IMG/VR virus record: IMGVR_UViG_3300026488_000010
DNA from: a virus
DNA: 64,000 bases
Strand: one strand, 5' to 3'
Below the pieces are notes generated by a model. The model was not told the origin of the DNA and did not search any database. It saw only the letters and a list, made by a program, of their open reading frames with translations. Each line of letters opens with the position of its first letter. The stretch's first letter is position 1. Positions 50,290 to 60,121 of this stretch are shown piece after piece. Made by a program: the position numbers and the translations under genes.

Positions 50290-53200
50290 TTATATATCAG
50301 ATATTAAACCTGCGCCTTTAAAATATGTCTTAACCATATCTAAAGATGTTAAATCAGCTTTATCTATTTCGACATCCAATTCATCTGGGATTTCATTGGT
50401 TCTTAAAATAGTGTTTAACATTTGTCTCTTTGCTTTACCGGCATCTGATTTCATCGCGTGCATCTCTTTAATAAGATTATATGGTCTTTTAGATAATAAT
50501 GAATTAATATCATATAAACCAATTTTAGTTGCACCTGTTCCATCTTTAGTTCCTGAACGTCCTTGACCAGTAATCCAATTTTTACCTGTTGCTAATGAAC
50601 CACGTGTACTAGACATTGCTTGTGGAAAATGTTCCAACATATTGATTGGGAGAATCCCAACGGGAACTGATCTTTGAGTAACAATACCATTATTTTCAAC
50701 AATTTTAACTTTTTCGTTTAAAGGTATACCCAACACATCTGCTGCTTTTTGTATATCAGCCATTTTAATTTGATTCTTAAATGGTGGAACAATTGCTGGA
50801 AATGCTGGATTATTTAAAGCATCTGAATTATTAATAATTTTAATAATTTCAGCATTTGGCTTCTTAAAAAATTCATCTAATTGATTAATGATCATATGAT
50901 CATCAGTTGCGTCTAGATTTGCAAAAACCTCTTTAACTATTTTCTTTATACCTAACACTTTTTTAGATTTTGCTAAATCCATAACTGCTAAGTTCAAAAA
51001 GTATATAACTTTTCCTAAGTACATTGATAATAAAATTGATGGATTCTTTCTAGAAATAATTGATAATGGTGTACCAATAAATTCAATTTTTAAACCAGTT
51101 TCTTCTGCTATTGGTTCTTGACCATGTTTCATAATATATTGAACTGTACCTTTACCACCAGAACTGGTTAGAGTAAATTTTGAACCATTAATTACAGGGT
51201 TATGTCTTTCAATATAAACCTCAATAACAGCACCTTCAAATTCTTCACCATTGAGTTTATGTCCACCAATTGTTAACGTTTCTACATTTTCTAAATGTCC
51301 AATACAATCAGCAGCACCTAAACCTTTAGTATCTTCTTCAATACCTTTAAATTGTTTTAAACATGCATCTTGTTTATTTTGAATCTCTTCAGTTACTTTT
51401 TTATGTAAAGATAAAATTTGTTTATTTATTTTACGAGTATTTAATTTAACAACAACTTCTTTAATAACACCACCAGGTGATAAATATGATTTAGTTAAAC
51501 CATCAACAACTAATCCGATCATTAGAGAATCATCTTCTTCATTGTCAGAATCATCTATAAATGTTTCCGATGTATTAAATTTAATTAACACATCTCCAGC
51601 GTTCGTTTTTGAACCTTGATTAAGATTAATATCTTTTAACATTGCATTATCTGGAAATTTAATAGTTATTTTTTGCAAAATTTTGTTTGAATATTTTGTA
51701 TCTAATGTATCAGATACAACCCAACCATCTTCATAATTCATTCCCATATAACCCATTTCAGCAACTACTAGGTTTTTACCGATAGCGAGCTTCTGATGCT
51801 TCAAAGAATCAGTTACTGCTATCATTTGACCTTCTTCAATCTTTTGTCCTTTGTTTATAAGAACGTTGTAATTAGTTGCTATGTATATACCGCGCTTAGT
51901 ACGCGATTTAACTGGCTTTATAGAGAAGGTTTCTGTTTCACCGTCATTGTATTTGACTTTAACAATTTCATCTGTTACAGCGCTTATAACACCTGCTTTA
52001 CGAGCCTTCTTCACAAATCTATCAGAAACTAAATGTGGAACATATGCTTCAAACCCTGTCTGAACCAATGCAACATCAGGTTTCTCAAGTTGTATAAACT
52101 GAGCTGTTTGTTGATTACCCATTACTCTACGAGTAGTGTCATCATATTCAAAGAATGGTGATAATGATTCAACAGGACTCAGATTCTCAAAAGGATTAGA
52201 ATCGTTAGAGAAAGGCTTCTTAGAAATGTTTCCAAATCTATCATCAATCATTGCACCGTTAGTAAGCGTTTGATTAATACCAATACCACCATACTCATTA
52301 GTTGCGGTTGGAGCCATTACACCAAAATATGATGGATTTAAATCTCTACGATTAAGAGTTACTTGTGATTTAAGAGTATTACCAATACCCGTCTTAGTAA
52401 CTTTTAAACTTAGCATCATCTCTTCTAAAGGGTTTAGTGTTTTAGTATATTGTAATATACCAGCATCTAAAAGATTTTTAATAATAAAATCATTTTGCAT
52501 ATATATTTTTTCATTTGATAAATGCTTTCTTGTTTTAAATTTAGAAATTGCTTGATGCATCTGATTATATGCAACTGATGTGATTGTCTCAGACATTCTC
52601 AATCTATAATTATCTAAATCATATTGTGATTTAGCTGATCGAGTACCTAGTAGTTCTACCATTTCGTTTGAGAATATTCCAGCTAGATCAGTACTTTGAC
52701 CAGCATCTTGAAGTATTTTTTTAGTCGAACCATCAATAAATTTATACTCTATATCATATAAATTCTTTGCAAATCTTGCACCTTGTTTATGTTCGATAAT
52801 ATCTAACATTGTTTGAGCCAATGCTTCAATTGTTGGCTCAAAATCTCTATCTTTTATTTTATAAGTGTTAAGACCATTTGCATAATTCCATTGCTCTGTT
52901 GTGTTTGGGTACAAACATAAATATTGTCTCTCATCATTATGTTTAAAATTCATTACAATTCCAGCTTCATTATCTTTACGATCCTTAAACTGATATTTTA
53001 AATTCATTATAGAAAACGCTTTCTTAGAAGTACTTCTATTGATTAATAAAAATACAGATAATGGAACATTCTTTCCCATAATTCGCATTTCATAAAATGG
53101 TTTTGAACTCTTTGATTTTTTTAATACATCATCACCTGATAATTTATTGTTTATCTTATTATAAATATTAAATACAAAATCATTTAATAAATTTTTTGAA

Positions 53201-53400
53201 ATATGATTTATATCAGAATCTTCTGTTTTATAGAAGATGTCATTTGAACCCTCTCTAAGGTAAGCATATTCAATAGTCTCTGTAACATTCCCTAAACCTG
53301 GTTTAGAACATGTATAGAATTGAAGAACTTGAACTTGTTCTCCATCTATGTTTTTTGTTATTTCATTTTTGAAATCTATAACATAATTGTATTTTGCCAT
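50290..53400 (-). CDS. rpoB: Multi-subunit RNA polymerase beta subunit, middle and C-terminal part
   Basis: TNEYGGIG (~TPEGPNIG), RRVMGNQQTAQ (~RALMGSNMQRQ), GKNLVVAEMGYMGMNYEDG (~GQN...GYNFEDS), GSKFTLTSSGGKG (~GDK...HGNKG), GATKIGLYD (~GGQRFGEME). Confidence 0.85.
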   Translation of the reverse strand: MAKYNYVIDFKNEITKNIDGEQVQVLQFYTCSKPGLGNVTETIEYAYLREGSNDIFYKTEDSDINHISKNLLNDFVFNIYNKINNKLSGDDVLKKSKSSKPFYEMRIMGKNVPLSVFLLINRSTSKKAFSIMNLKYQFKDRKDNEAGIVMNFKHNDERQYLCLYPNTTEQWNYANGLNTYKIKDRDFEPTIEALAQTMLDIIEHKQGARFAKNLYDIEYKFIDGSTKKILQDAGQSTDLAGIFSNEMVELLGTRSAKSQYDLDNYRLRMSETITSVAYNQMHQAISKFKTRKHLSNEKIYMQNDFIIKNLLDAGILQYTKTLNPLEEMMLSLKVTKTGIGNTLKSQVTLNRRDLNPSYFGVMAPTATNEYGGIGINQTLTNGAMIDDRFGNISKKPFSNDSNPFENLSPVESLSPFFEYDDTTRRVMGNQQTAQFIQLEKPDVALVQTGFEAYVPHLVSDRFVKKARKAGVISAVTDEIVKVKYNDGETETFSIKPVKSRTKRGIYIATNYNVLINKGQKIEEGQMIAVTDSLKHQKLAIGKNLVVAEMGYMGMNYEDGWVVSDTLDTKYSNKILQKITIKFPDNAMLKDINLNQGSKTNAGDVLIKFNTSETFIDDSDNEEDDSLMIGLVVDGLTKSYLSPGGVIKEVVVKLNTRKINKQILSLHKKVTEEIQNKQDACLKQFKGIEEDTKGLGAADCIGHLENVETLTIGGHKLNGEEFEGAVIEVYIERHNPVINGSKFTLTSSGGKGTVQYIMKHGQEPIAEETGLKIEFIGTPLSIISRKNPSILLSMYLGKVIYFLNLAVMDLAKSKKVLGIKKIVKEVFANLDATDDHMIINQLDEFFKKPNAEIIKIINNSDALNNPAFPAIVPPFKNQIKMADIQKAADVLGIPLNEKVKIVENNGIVTQRSVPVGILPINMLEHFPQAMSSTRGSLATGKNWITGQGRSGTKDGTGATKIGLYDINSLLSKRPYNLIKEMHAMKSDAGKAKRQMLNTILRTNEIPDELDVEIDKADLTSLDMVKTYFKGAGLISDI

Positions 53401-53462
53401 AAATATTCCCTTTAATTTTTATTTTTCAGCATATTGCGACAGTGTTTCAGATATGATTCAGT

Positions 53463-55055
53463 TTATGCTGATATAGTCATCTTACTATATTTAAAATCAT
53501 GAAGATCAGATATACCATATTTTAAACTTATAGTATCTTTAGTTGCATTATCAAAATTTTCAAGCTTAATTTTATTCAGTGCTTTCAATTGTTGTACAAA
53601 TTTATCTTCAACATCAACGAATGAATTACTTGCAGATAGTTTTGTATTTTTCAATTTAAGAGATGACACACTAAAGTGTGTATAAAATCTTACAAGATTT
53701 GGTGCTACTTTTTGAATAGGCTTTGGAAATAATTGATTAATCAAAATGTAATTATTTCCTCCAAGTTTTATATATTTTCCTTGAACGGGAACAGGAATTC
53801 TAAAACTTATAGTATATGGTTTATTAGTAGTTGCTCCAAAATCTTTGTGTTTGACTTTGATTTGAAACTCTTTATATCTATTTTTATTATCATCAACTAT
53901 TTTTTTCTGAACAGATACGATCTCAATATCAACATCTGGATCATTACCTAATGTGCTATGTATCAGATCTTCGATTAAATCATCTATATTCTCAGTTAAT
54001 TCTAATCGCTGCTTATCGTAATTTCCAACCTCGTCCATTCCAACAATCTTTTGATCATTAAATGCACCAGTCTGTTTGATATTTAAAGATATATTACCAT
54101 TGTATTTTCTATTAATATTTTTAGATAATTTTTCAACCGCTTCAGTGGTTGAACCTTTTTGATATAATGCTTGTAATTTCTCTTCAAATGTTCCAGTCAA
54201 AGGTAAAGTATTCAGATGTTCTTTAATCTTCTTTTGAATATCTTTAAGTTCTGAATCTTTAGCTTTAGATGATGATGTTACTAGATCATCAATTAATTCT
54301 TTTACTGATGTTTCTTTATTTGATGCTATTTCAGATTCTTCTTCTTCTGATACAGCATTTTTAATATCTTTATCTTTGGTCATATTTTTCAAAACCATAT
54401 TTAAAATATTTCTTTGAAATTTTAATTCATCTTCTGAAGAAGATGAAGGAATAGCTATAGGAAAATATTTCCCATCAATAAAATAAATAATACCATCTAA
54501 ACGTGTTTTAATTTTTCCAGCGTTAAGTTTATTTATATAATTTAATAGTTGAAGCACATCAGCATTTGCGGCATCTAAATTACTTTCTGAACTGATAAAT
54601 AAATAATTCTTTCTTTCAGGATCATAATCTTTAATTACCGATTCTATTAATTTTAATAATTCAAAAAATACTTTTTTTTGAGATCTAGACTTAGCTGTCG
54701 ATAATACGTCTGATATCATACCAGACATATCAAAAACATTAGTTCTCTCAGGCATTGTTTGTTTTGATGGTACTCTAGTATAATGAAAGTTTGGCATATC
54801 TTTTTTAAGTTCTAAAAAGTATTTTTGTGAACTTAACTTTTTCCCTAAGAAATTTGAAATAATTCCAGGTACTGTAATTTGGTGATAATAACCTTTGATT
54901 TGAGTACTTAAGTATTTTTGTAACGCTTTATGTGCAACCCCCTGTGAAGATGCTTCAGGAGCAAAGAAAATATTTGCTCCTACCTTTTCATCATCCCAAA
55001 AGCGAACATTAGGCAAAGGTTGTTTATTCTTTATAAATTTAGTAACTGATACCAT
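53463..55055 (-). CDS. rpoB: RNA polymerase beta subunit N-terminal part, with long N-terminal extension
   Basis: RIPVPVQGKYIKLGGNNYILINQL matches beta region A (IPLMTD-x-GTFVING-x-ERV-x-VSQL). Confidence 0.7.
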   Translation of the reverse strand: MVSVTKFIKNKQPLPNVRFWDDEKVGANIFFAPEASSQGVAHKALQKYLSTQIKGYYHQITVPGIISNFLGKKLSSQKYFLELKKDMPNFHYTRVPSKQTMPERTNVFDMSGMISDVLSTAKSRSQKKVFFELLKLIESVIKDYDPERKNYLFISSESNLDAANADVLQLLNYINKLNAGKIKTRLDGIIYFIDGKYFPIAIPSSSSEDELKFQRNILNMVLKNMTKDKDIKNAVSEEEESEIASNKETSVKELIDDLVTSSSKAKDSELKDIQKKIKEHLNTLPLTGTFEEKLQALYQKGSTTEAVEKLSKNINRKYNGNISLNIKQTGAFNDQKIVGMDEVGNYDKQRLELTENIDDLIEDLIHSTLGNDPDVDIEIVSVQKKIVDDNKNRYKEFQIKVKHKDFGATTNKPYTISFRIPVPVQGKYIKLGGNNYILINQLFPKPIQKVAPNLVRFYTHFSVSSLKLKNTKLSASNSFVDVEDKFVQQLKALNKIKLENFDNATKDTISLKYGISDLHDFKYSKMTISA

Positions 55056-55169
55056 TATAATTCCTTTAGTATATCTTTAGTATATCTTTAGTATATCTTT
55101 AGTATATCTTATTAAGTATTTGTTTACTTAACACTTTTAGTTCATTGTGTTTTTTATGTCTGAAATCAA

Positions 55170-55199
55170 GCACAAGGAAATGGGTCATAGACCCATTTC
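55170..55199 (-). terminator. Hairpin + CTTGTG signal upstream of RNAP genes
   Basis: 10-bp stem GAAATGGGTC/GACCCATTTC. Confidence 0.55.
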
Positions 55200-55466
55200 T
55201 GTTAATAATTGATAGTTAAACTTCTCAGCATCAAGTGCCTTTGATATTTTAATAGAATCTCTTTTCATATAGTGAATTTCTAATTCTTTTTTTACAACTT
55301 TTCTTGCAGCCTCAATTTTCAATCGTAATACATCAACGTATGACATATCTTTAAAAATTGAAGGAGATACACCATAAAGATCATGAGTAGGCATAATCAT
55401 TTTATTAGACACAAAATTATCAGAGATTGATGATTTCGAAATATTTTTTTCTAATTCTTCTTGCAT
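55185..55466 (-). CDS. Hypothetical protein
   Basis: 93-aa ORF, AAAGGA RBS. Confidence 0.55.
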   Translation of the reverse strand: MQEELEKNISKSSISDNFVSNKMIMPTHDLYGVSPSIFKDMSYVDVLRLKIEAARKVVKKELEIHYMKRDSIKISKALDAEKFNYQLLTEMGL

Positions 55467-55858
55467 GATAATCCTTTATGATATTTATCAATAGCGTCTT
55501 TAATATTTGAATCAAGTGCTTTCACAACACCTAAATTTATTTCTTTATTTATATATAATTCAAAAGAATTTTTAATAAATTCAAATAATAAAACTGATGA
55601 TTCATCAGCATCACCTGTAAATTTTAATTGTGTCCCTTCAAATTCTAATCGGCCAACTTCGATGTTATCAGCATTGTGAAATGTTAATGAGTTTGATGGA
55701 ACAACTTCAAAAGCTTTTATTTCACCCTTATATGTTAAATCTGCTAAATTAAAACCATATTGATTAGTTATTGGATCAATAGCGTCCTTAGCGTCCTCAA
55801 TCGCACATAATTCCTCATATGGTCCTTGATCTTTTAAAGAACTTAAAACATGTTTCAT
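55451..55858 (-). CDS. Hypothetical protein
   Basis: 135-aa ORF, GGAG RBS. Confidence 0.6.
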   Translation of the reverse strand: MKHVLSSLKDQGPYEELCAIEDAKDAIDPITNQYGFNLADLTYKGEIKAFEVVPSNSLTFHNADNIEVGRLEFEGTQLKFTGDADESSVLLFEFIKNSFELYINKEINLGVVKALDSNIKDAIDKYHKGLSCKKN

Positions 55859-56142
55859 TTTGTTTCTCCGTATTCTTTAGCGTATTCTTTAGCGTCTTTT
55901 AAATATACTTCACATGACTTCACCCATATAATTCTGGATGAGCTCTCATCTGGTAATTTACATTGTTCTAAACCAGCTTTTGCCATTGCCTCTGATGTAT
56001 CATTACCATAATTGTAAATCAATATTGATAATATAAACGTTAACAGTACTATTACAATACCGACAATTAAAAATTTTTTATTTTCAGACTCTTCCAATAT
56101 TGATGTTGTTTTTACAGTCGCTTCGTATTCATTCATTGCCAT
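55855..56142 (-). CDS. Small single-pass membrane protein
   Basis: FLIVGIVIVLLTFILSILIY hydrophobic helix. Confidence 0.6.
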   Translation of the reverse strand: MAMNEYEATVKTTSILEESENKKFLIVGIVIVLLTFILSILIYNYGNDTSEAMAKAGLEQCKLPDESSSRIIWVKSCEVYLKDAKEYAKEYGETK

Positions 56143-56833
56143 TTTTATTCCTTAAATATTCTAAAAATATATTTTGTTTACTTTTTATTAACTCGTTAAT
56201 AAATTCATCTTCTAATATTGGATTATATTTGAATCCACATTGTTTTACAGCACTTTTCTGACGAGTAATAAATAGATGTTTTGATATTAAATGTACTTCA
56301 TGATATGTAAAAATTCTTTCGATACAATGCAATAATGCTTTTGCTGATGAGTCAATCTTAGACTTCATCTTTAAAGGTTTTAGAAATAATTTAAGTTCAG
56401 TGCTCCACATCATAGATAATAATAACGGCATATCTCGCTTATAACCTCTTTTACGTTTTATAAATGGTTTAGTTACTAATGGATTAGTTTCATCGTAATA
56501 CCATACTTCTACGTCATTATATAAATCACTTCCTATGAATTCACGTTCAAACATTTTTTGATGTTTAATATCTAATATCACAACTACTAGGTTTGAATAT
56601 TGTTTATATTCCATTACCTGATAGTTAAGTTTTTTTAAATTATCTGCACATGATTTGATTTCAATTGCACATGTCAAATTATCATCAACGACAAATAAAT
56701 CATTTCTCGTTACCAAACACCCTTGTGTAAATTCATCATGTATGGTGGAAGTTGGGTAGCGATGTTGGAACATTTCTCGAGCAGATTCTCTAATTACTTT
56801 CTCATTAGACGCCTTAGATGCTTTATTTTTCAT
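56129..56833 (-). CDS. sce7726-family / PD-(D/E)xK nuclease-like protein
   Basis: RNDLFVV...AIEIKSCADNLKKLNYQV-x-x-Y matches R-x-D...EIKS-x-x-D-x-x-x-RL-x-x-Q. Confidence 0.65.
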   Translation of the reverse strand: MKNKASKASNEKVIRESAREMFQHRYPTSTIHDEFTQGCLVTRNDLFVVDDNLTCAIEIKSCADNLKKLNYQVMEYKQYSNLVVVILDIKHQKMFEREFIGSDLYNDVEVWYYDETNPLVTKPFIKRKRGYKRDMPLLLSMMWSTELKLFLKPLKMKSKIDSSAKALLHCIERIFTYHEVHLISKHLFITRQKSAVKQCGFKYNPILEDEFINELIKSKQNIFLEYLRNKNGNE

Positions 56834-57537
56834 TATAAATCACTTAAATATCTAGGAGGTATTCTCATAGCATTAATGATTGCTTGTTGCGTATCACTGA
56901 TAACATCAGAATATCTATCTAAAAAAGATGGAGCAATATCAAAAGTATTAATATCAACTCTTGGACCAGTTACTATTAATTCATTATCAAAATATACAGA
57001 AAATGCTTTTCGTATAATTGCGATTTGTAAATCATCAACTTCATTATACGGTGGACAATATAAAAATGCATCATCTTTATTTATAATTTTAGATTCATTA
57101 AATTTAATTGCTCCGAAGACCATTTCCTGAGCATCGGTCTTCCAAACATTTAATCTATCAAGTAATGATAGATTCTTTTTTAAATAGCTGGGTTTGATAT
57201 GCATGTGACCATGAAATCCTATCTTAACTTGACTTAACTTTGATAAATATAATAAATCATCATATGATACAAAATCAGATGTTAGTCCTAAATCGAAGAA
57301 TCGCAGATGCGCAACATCTGATTCATTAAATGTATGAGGTTCTTGACCAACATGTATTATGCCCGTACTCACAAAAAACTTAATTTTTATATTTGGATAT
57401 ATACTTATTATTTTTTTAATACCAATCACTTGAGAATGTAGACCATCATCAAACGTTAAATCGTAATCATCTAATTTTAGATCTAAGTACTCATCGTGGA
57501 ACTTGTGTATCATTAACTCTGTTCTACTATATAACAT
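56833..57537 (-). CDS. Polysaccharide deacetylase-like (NodB/CE4) protein
   Basis: LTFDDG, FFVSTG, IGFHGHMH, YCPPYN motifs. Confidence 0.7.
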   Translation of the reverse strand: MLYSRTELMIHKFHDEYLDLKLDDYDLTFDDGLHSQVIGIKKIISIYPNIKIKFFVSTGIIHVGQEPHTFNESDVAHLRFFDLGLTSDFVSYDDLLYLSKLSQVKIGFHGHMHIKPSYLKKNLSLLDRLNVWKTDAQEMVFGAIKFNESKIINKDDAFLYCPPYNEVDDLQIAIIRKAFSVYFDNELIVTGPRVDINTFDIAPSFLDRYSDVISDTQQAIINAMRIPPRYLSDL

Positions 57538-57546
57538 TATTATCCC

Positions 57547-57888
57547 TTAAATAGATTTTATAGTTTTATCTAATTCGCCTAGATTGAATACTTGATCACG
57601 TATATCATTATCCATTTGATTAAACATTTCTTCCATTAGCTTTTCTTGATCTTTAACTACAACTGGATCTTTATCATTATATATAGCTATCAATTCTTTT
57701 AAATTTTTAGATAATTCATTATTATTTGAAATAGCATTTGCTAAATCACGTTTAGTACTATGATCAATGATTGTGCGAGTTTCAAAATCCAATATCAATT
57801 CTGCTATATCAGCCTCTGATAATTCAACCTCTAATCCACTCTGGAATCTGATATCATATACATCACCACCTATATATTGTTTCGTCAT
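57547..57888 (-). CDS. Hypothetical protein
   Basis: 113-aa ORF, AGGAG RBS. Confidence 0.6.
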   Translation of the reverse strand: MTKQYIGGDVYDIRFQSGLEVELSEADIAELILDFETRTIIDHSTKRDLANAISNNNELSKNLKELIAIYNDKDPVVVKDQEKLMEEMFNQMDNDIRDQVFNLGELDKTIKSI

Positions 57889-57934
57889 ATTGTTCTCCTA
57901 TTTCATCTTTATATATTATTTCTATATTATCTTT

Positions 57935-58112
57935 TTCTATCTTAAAGGATAGAAAAAATAAGAATCAAGGAAAACGATCTTTAAAGATCGTTTTATAAAT
58001 TGTCTATAAAAATGACTTTATAAAACGATCTTTAAAGATCGTTTTAGTTAGCATAGAAATTAATTTAATTTATTTCTATGCTAACTATTTTTCTATCTTA
58101 AAAGATCGTTTT
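57935..58112. repeat. Second cluster of the same palindromes plus the 41-bp hairpin
   Basis: Perfect AAAACGATCTTTAAAGATCGTTTT at 57971 and 58022; hairpin 58046-58086. Confidence 0.9.
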
Positions 58113-58122
58113 CACAATAAGA

Positions 58123-58578
58123 TTATAATTGAGGAGTATATAATTCAAAGTGAGGCAAATCATTAAAAGATTGATCATCAAATCTATCATCAGAGTCCCA
58201 ATCCAATCCAAAACGGACTTTATGTGTAATTAATCCTTCTTCAAACATCTGAGAACTGATCATACGAACCATACCCATTAAAAAATAGAATCTATTTTTA
58301 TCAGCAATTGCTCCTGAGAAGGCATTTGTTCCTTTTTTGTACGGCATTATATCAACAGCCATTGATACACCATCACCTCTATCCTGATGTCTTGATTTAA
58401 TATCAACACCATTTATTTTTGATTTACCATCATTAAACAATTGTAATTGTCTTTCATCTGAACGTAATCCTTCTAATACACTAAAGTCATAATATTTAAT
58501 AACTTCAGATAATACCATCTGAATGTCTGGATGACATGTATCGAGTTGTTCCTTTGATTTTCTTCCGAATGAGTACAT
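58123..58578 (-). CDS. Endolysin, L-Ala-D-Glu peptidase (M15C)
   Basis: CHPDIQ...EGLRSDERQ...SRH...AVDI...DLPHFEL; start re-called to 58578 (AGGAGG RBS). Confidence 0.85.
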   Translation of the reverse strand: MYSFGRKSKEQLDTCHPDIQMVLSEVIKYYDFSVLEGLRSDERQLQLFNDGKSKINGVDIKSRHQDRGDGVSMAVDIMPYKKGTNAFSGAIADKNRFYFLMGMVRMISSQMFEEGLITHKVRFGLDWDSDDRFDDQSFNDLPHFELYTPQL

Positions 58579-58982
58579 ATTGTACCTCCTATTTTTATAA
58601 GGATTTGTTGGACACATTTCTATATTAACTTTAGAAACTCTAGAAACTTTAGAAACTCTGGGAAATACAAATACGTAGTATAGAAATCAATATAGTAATA
58701 AGAATATAATATAGGATTATATTCGCAATGAAACAAAGAAGAGAGTTATAGGAACTCCTAAAAACCTAAAAGTAAAAAACCGACGATGAATGGTATATAA
58801 AAAATCAATAGAGGTAAGCGAAAGCACTCAAAACATAAAACATAAAATGCACAAAAAGTGTGGCAGTACAAAAGTACATAAGACCGGAAAATTGAACGAA
58901 GCAGTTAAGAGCTGCATATAAAAATTCCCAACTGGGGGAAATAAAATATACCAGATTTTTAATTATTATAAAAGGATCAGAA

Positions 58983-59561
58983 ATGATGAAAGTAAAAGAA
59001 ATAAGAGAATATTATAAACAATTTTTATTGCCTGTAGATAGTGATAGTGTTAGAAATTCACACGGTGTTGATCATTGTGATGATGTTTTTAATTTAATGA
59101 TAAAATTGAATAAGAAGTTGGGTTATGGTTATAGTAATGAAATAATAGCATTCGCTGCTTATATACATGATTTATATTCAGATAGTACCAATAGAACGAT
59201 ACATCATATATTAGCACATACATATGTATTGAATAGAGTAGATGATTTATTAAAAGAATTATCTGGACACGATTTATATCTAGTCGCAGATGCTGTATTA
59301 GAACATAGAGCATCATATACTGGTAAATTTAGTTCTAATCTAAGCGCATTAATATCTGCGGCAGATAGAGGATTGCCTGATTATGATTTACATTACAACC
59401 GTTCATTGGTATACAATAATGGAGATCATGATGGAGTTATTGAGCATTTAAAAGATAAGTTTAGTAGAGGTGGTTACGCTACGAAGAAGTATCCTGATTT
59501 TTATATTGAGATGTTTAAAGAAGAGTTAGAAATATTTTGGAGTAGAATTGATGCGGCATAG
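58983..59561 (+). CDS. HD-domain phosphohydrolase
   Basis: SHGVDH...IHD...HH...EHRAS...AAD metal-binding pattern. Confidence 0.8.
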   Translation: MMKVKEIREYYKQFLLPVDSDSVRNSHGVDHCDDVFNLMIKLNKKLGYGYSNEIIAFAAYIHDLYSDSTNRTIHHILAHTYVLNRVDDLLKELSGHDLYLVADAVLEHRASYTGKFSSNLSALISAADRGLPDYDLHYNRSLVYNNGDHDGVIEHLKDKFSRGGYATKKYPDFYIEMFKEELEIFWSRIDAA

Positions 59562-59669
59562 ACGATGTATAATCTCTATGGATAAGTGCAGTTATTTCTA
59601 TATTAACTTTGGGAAATCCCAGAACTTAATATAGAAATCAATATAGTAATAAAATAAAAGGAGACAGAA

Positions 59670-59792
59670 ATGTCAAAGAAAGAAATAGAATTAATAAAAA
59701 ATTATAAAGGTCGTGTGACGGTATGTCCATCACATGAACCAATTAGAGAAAATTTGGTGAAGAGATCACCAAAATTAACAAGATATAGTTAA
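59670..59792 (+). CDS. 40-aa hypothetical protein
   Basis: Own translation MSKKEIELIKNYKGRVTVCP...; AAAGGAG RBS. Confidence 0.4.
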   Translation: MSKKEIELIKNYKGRVTVCPSHEPIRENLVKRSPKLTRYS

Positions 59793-60025
59793 ATAAGATA
59801 GGTTAAAATCCTATCTTTTATTGAAATAAAAGACAAGAAAAAAGCGATTATATAAACATTAATTTTAATGTTTATATAATCGCTAAATTTTTTATTCTTA
59901 TGTTTTATGGATCTGCTATAAACCTTTTTAGATTTAATAGTCCTAGTTCCCAAATTAATTTCTTTGGTTGCTGTTAGATATATATTCATATCTCGAGTTT
60001 TTACAATTTTTTTAATCTTAGACAT
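59789..60025 (-). CDS. ArfA/BrfA-like basic peptide (putative ribosome-rescue factor) with in-frame terminator
   Basis: ATG 60025 after ACAGGA; GTRTIKSKKVYSRSIKHK resembles BrfA GRMTKSKK...KRKHK and ArfA QRVEKNKK...YMRKGKH. Confidence 0.5.
   Translation of the reverse strand: MSKIKKIVKTRDMNIYLTATKEINLGTRTIKSKKVYSRSIKHKNKKFSDYINIKINVYIIAFFLSFISIKDRILTYLI
59832..59884 (-). terminator. 19-bp hairpin + TTTTTCTTGTC inside the ArfA-like ORF
   Basis: Arms 59843-59861 and 59866-59884. Confidence 0.7.
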
Positions 60026-60045
60026 AATGAATCCTGTTGTTTGTA

Positions 60046-60120
60046 TGGCGCTCCGTAGGAGAATTGAACTCCTGATACTACCGTGACAGGGTAGTGTACT
60101 AACCGCTATACTAACGGAGC
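60046..60120 (-). tRNA. trnD: tRNA-Asp(GTC)
   Basis: Cloverleaf, anticodon arm CTACC-CTGTCAC-GGTAG, encoded CCA. Confidence 0.95.
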
Positions 60121-60121
60121 T

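Noticed and set aside
53401-53462. Intron or frameshift joining the two RNAP beta genes
   Set aside because: Gap is only 62 bp, has no intron structure, and the downstream gene has its own RBS and ATG
234-57952. Numerous short plus-strand and alternate-frame ORFs in the track (e.g. 234..602, 791..1054, 12577..12933, 48101..48391)
   Set aside because: Shadow ORFs overlapping longer, motif-bearing minus-strand genes
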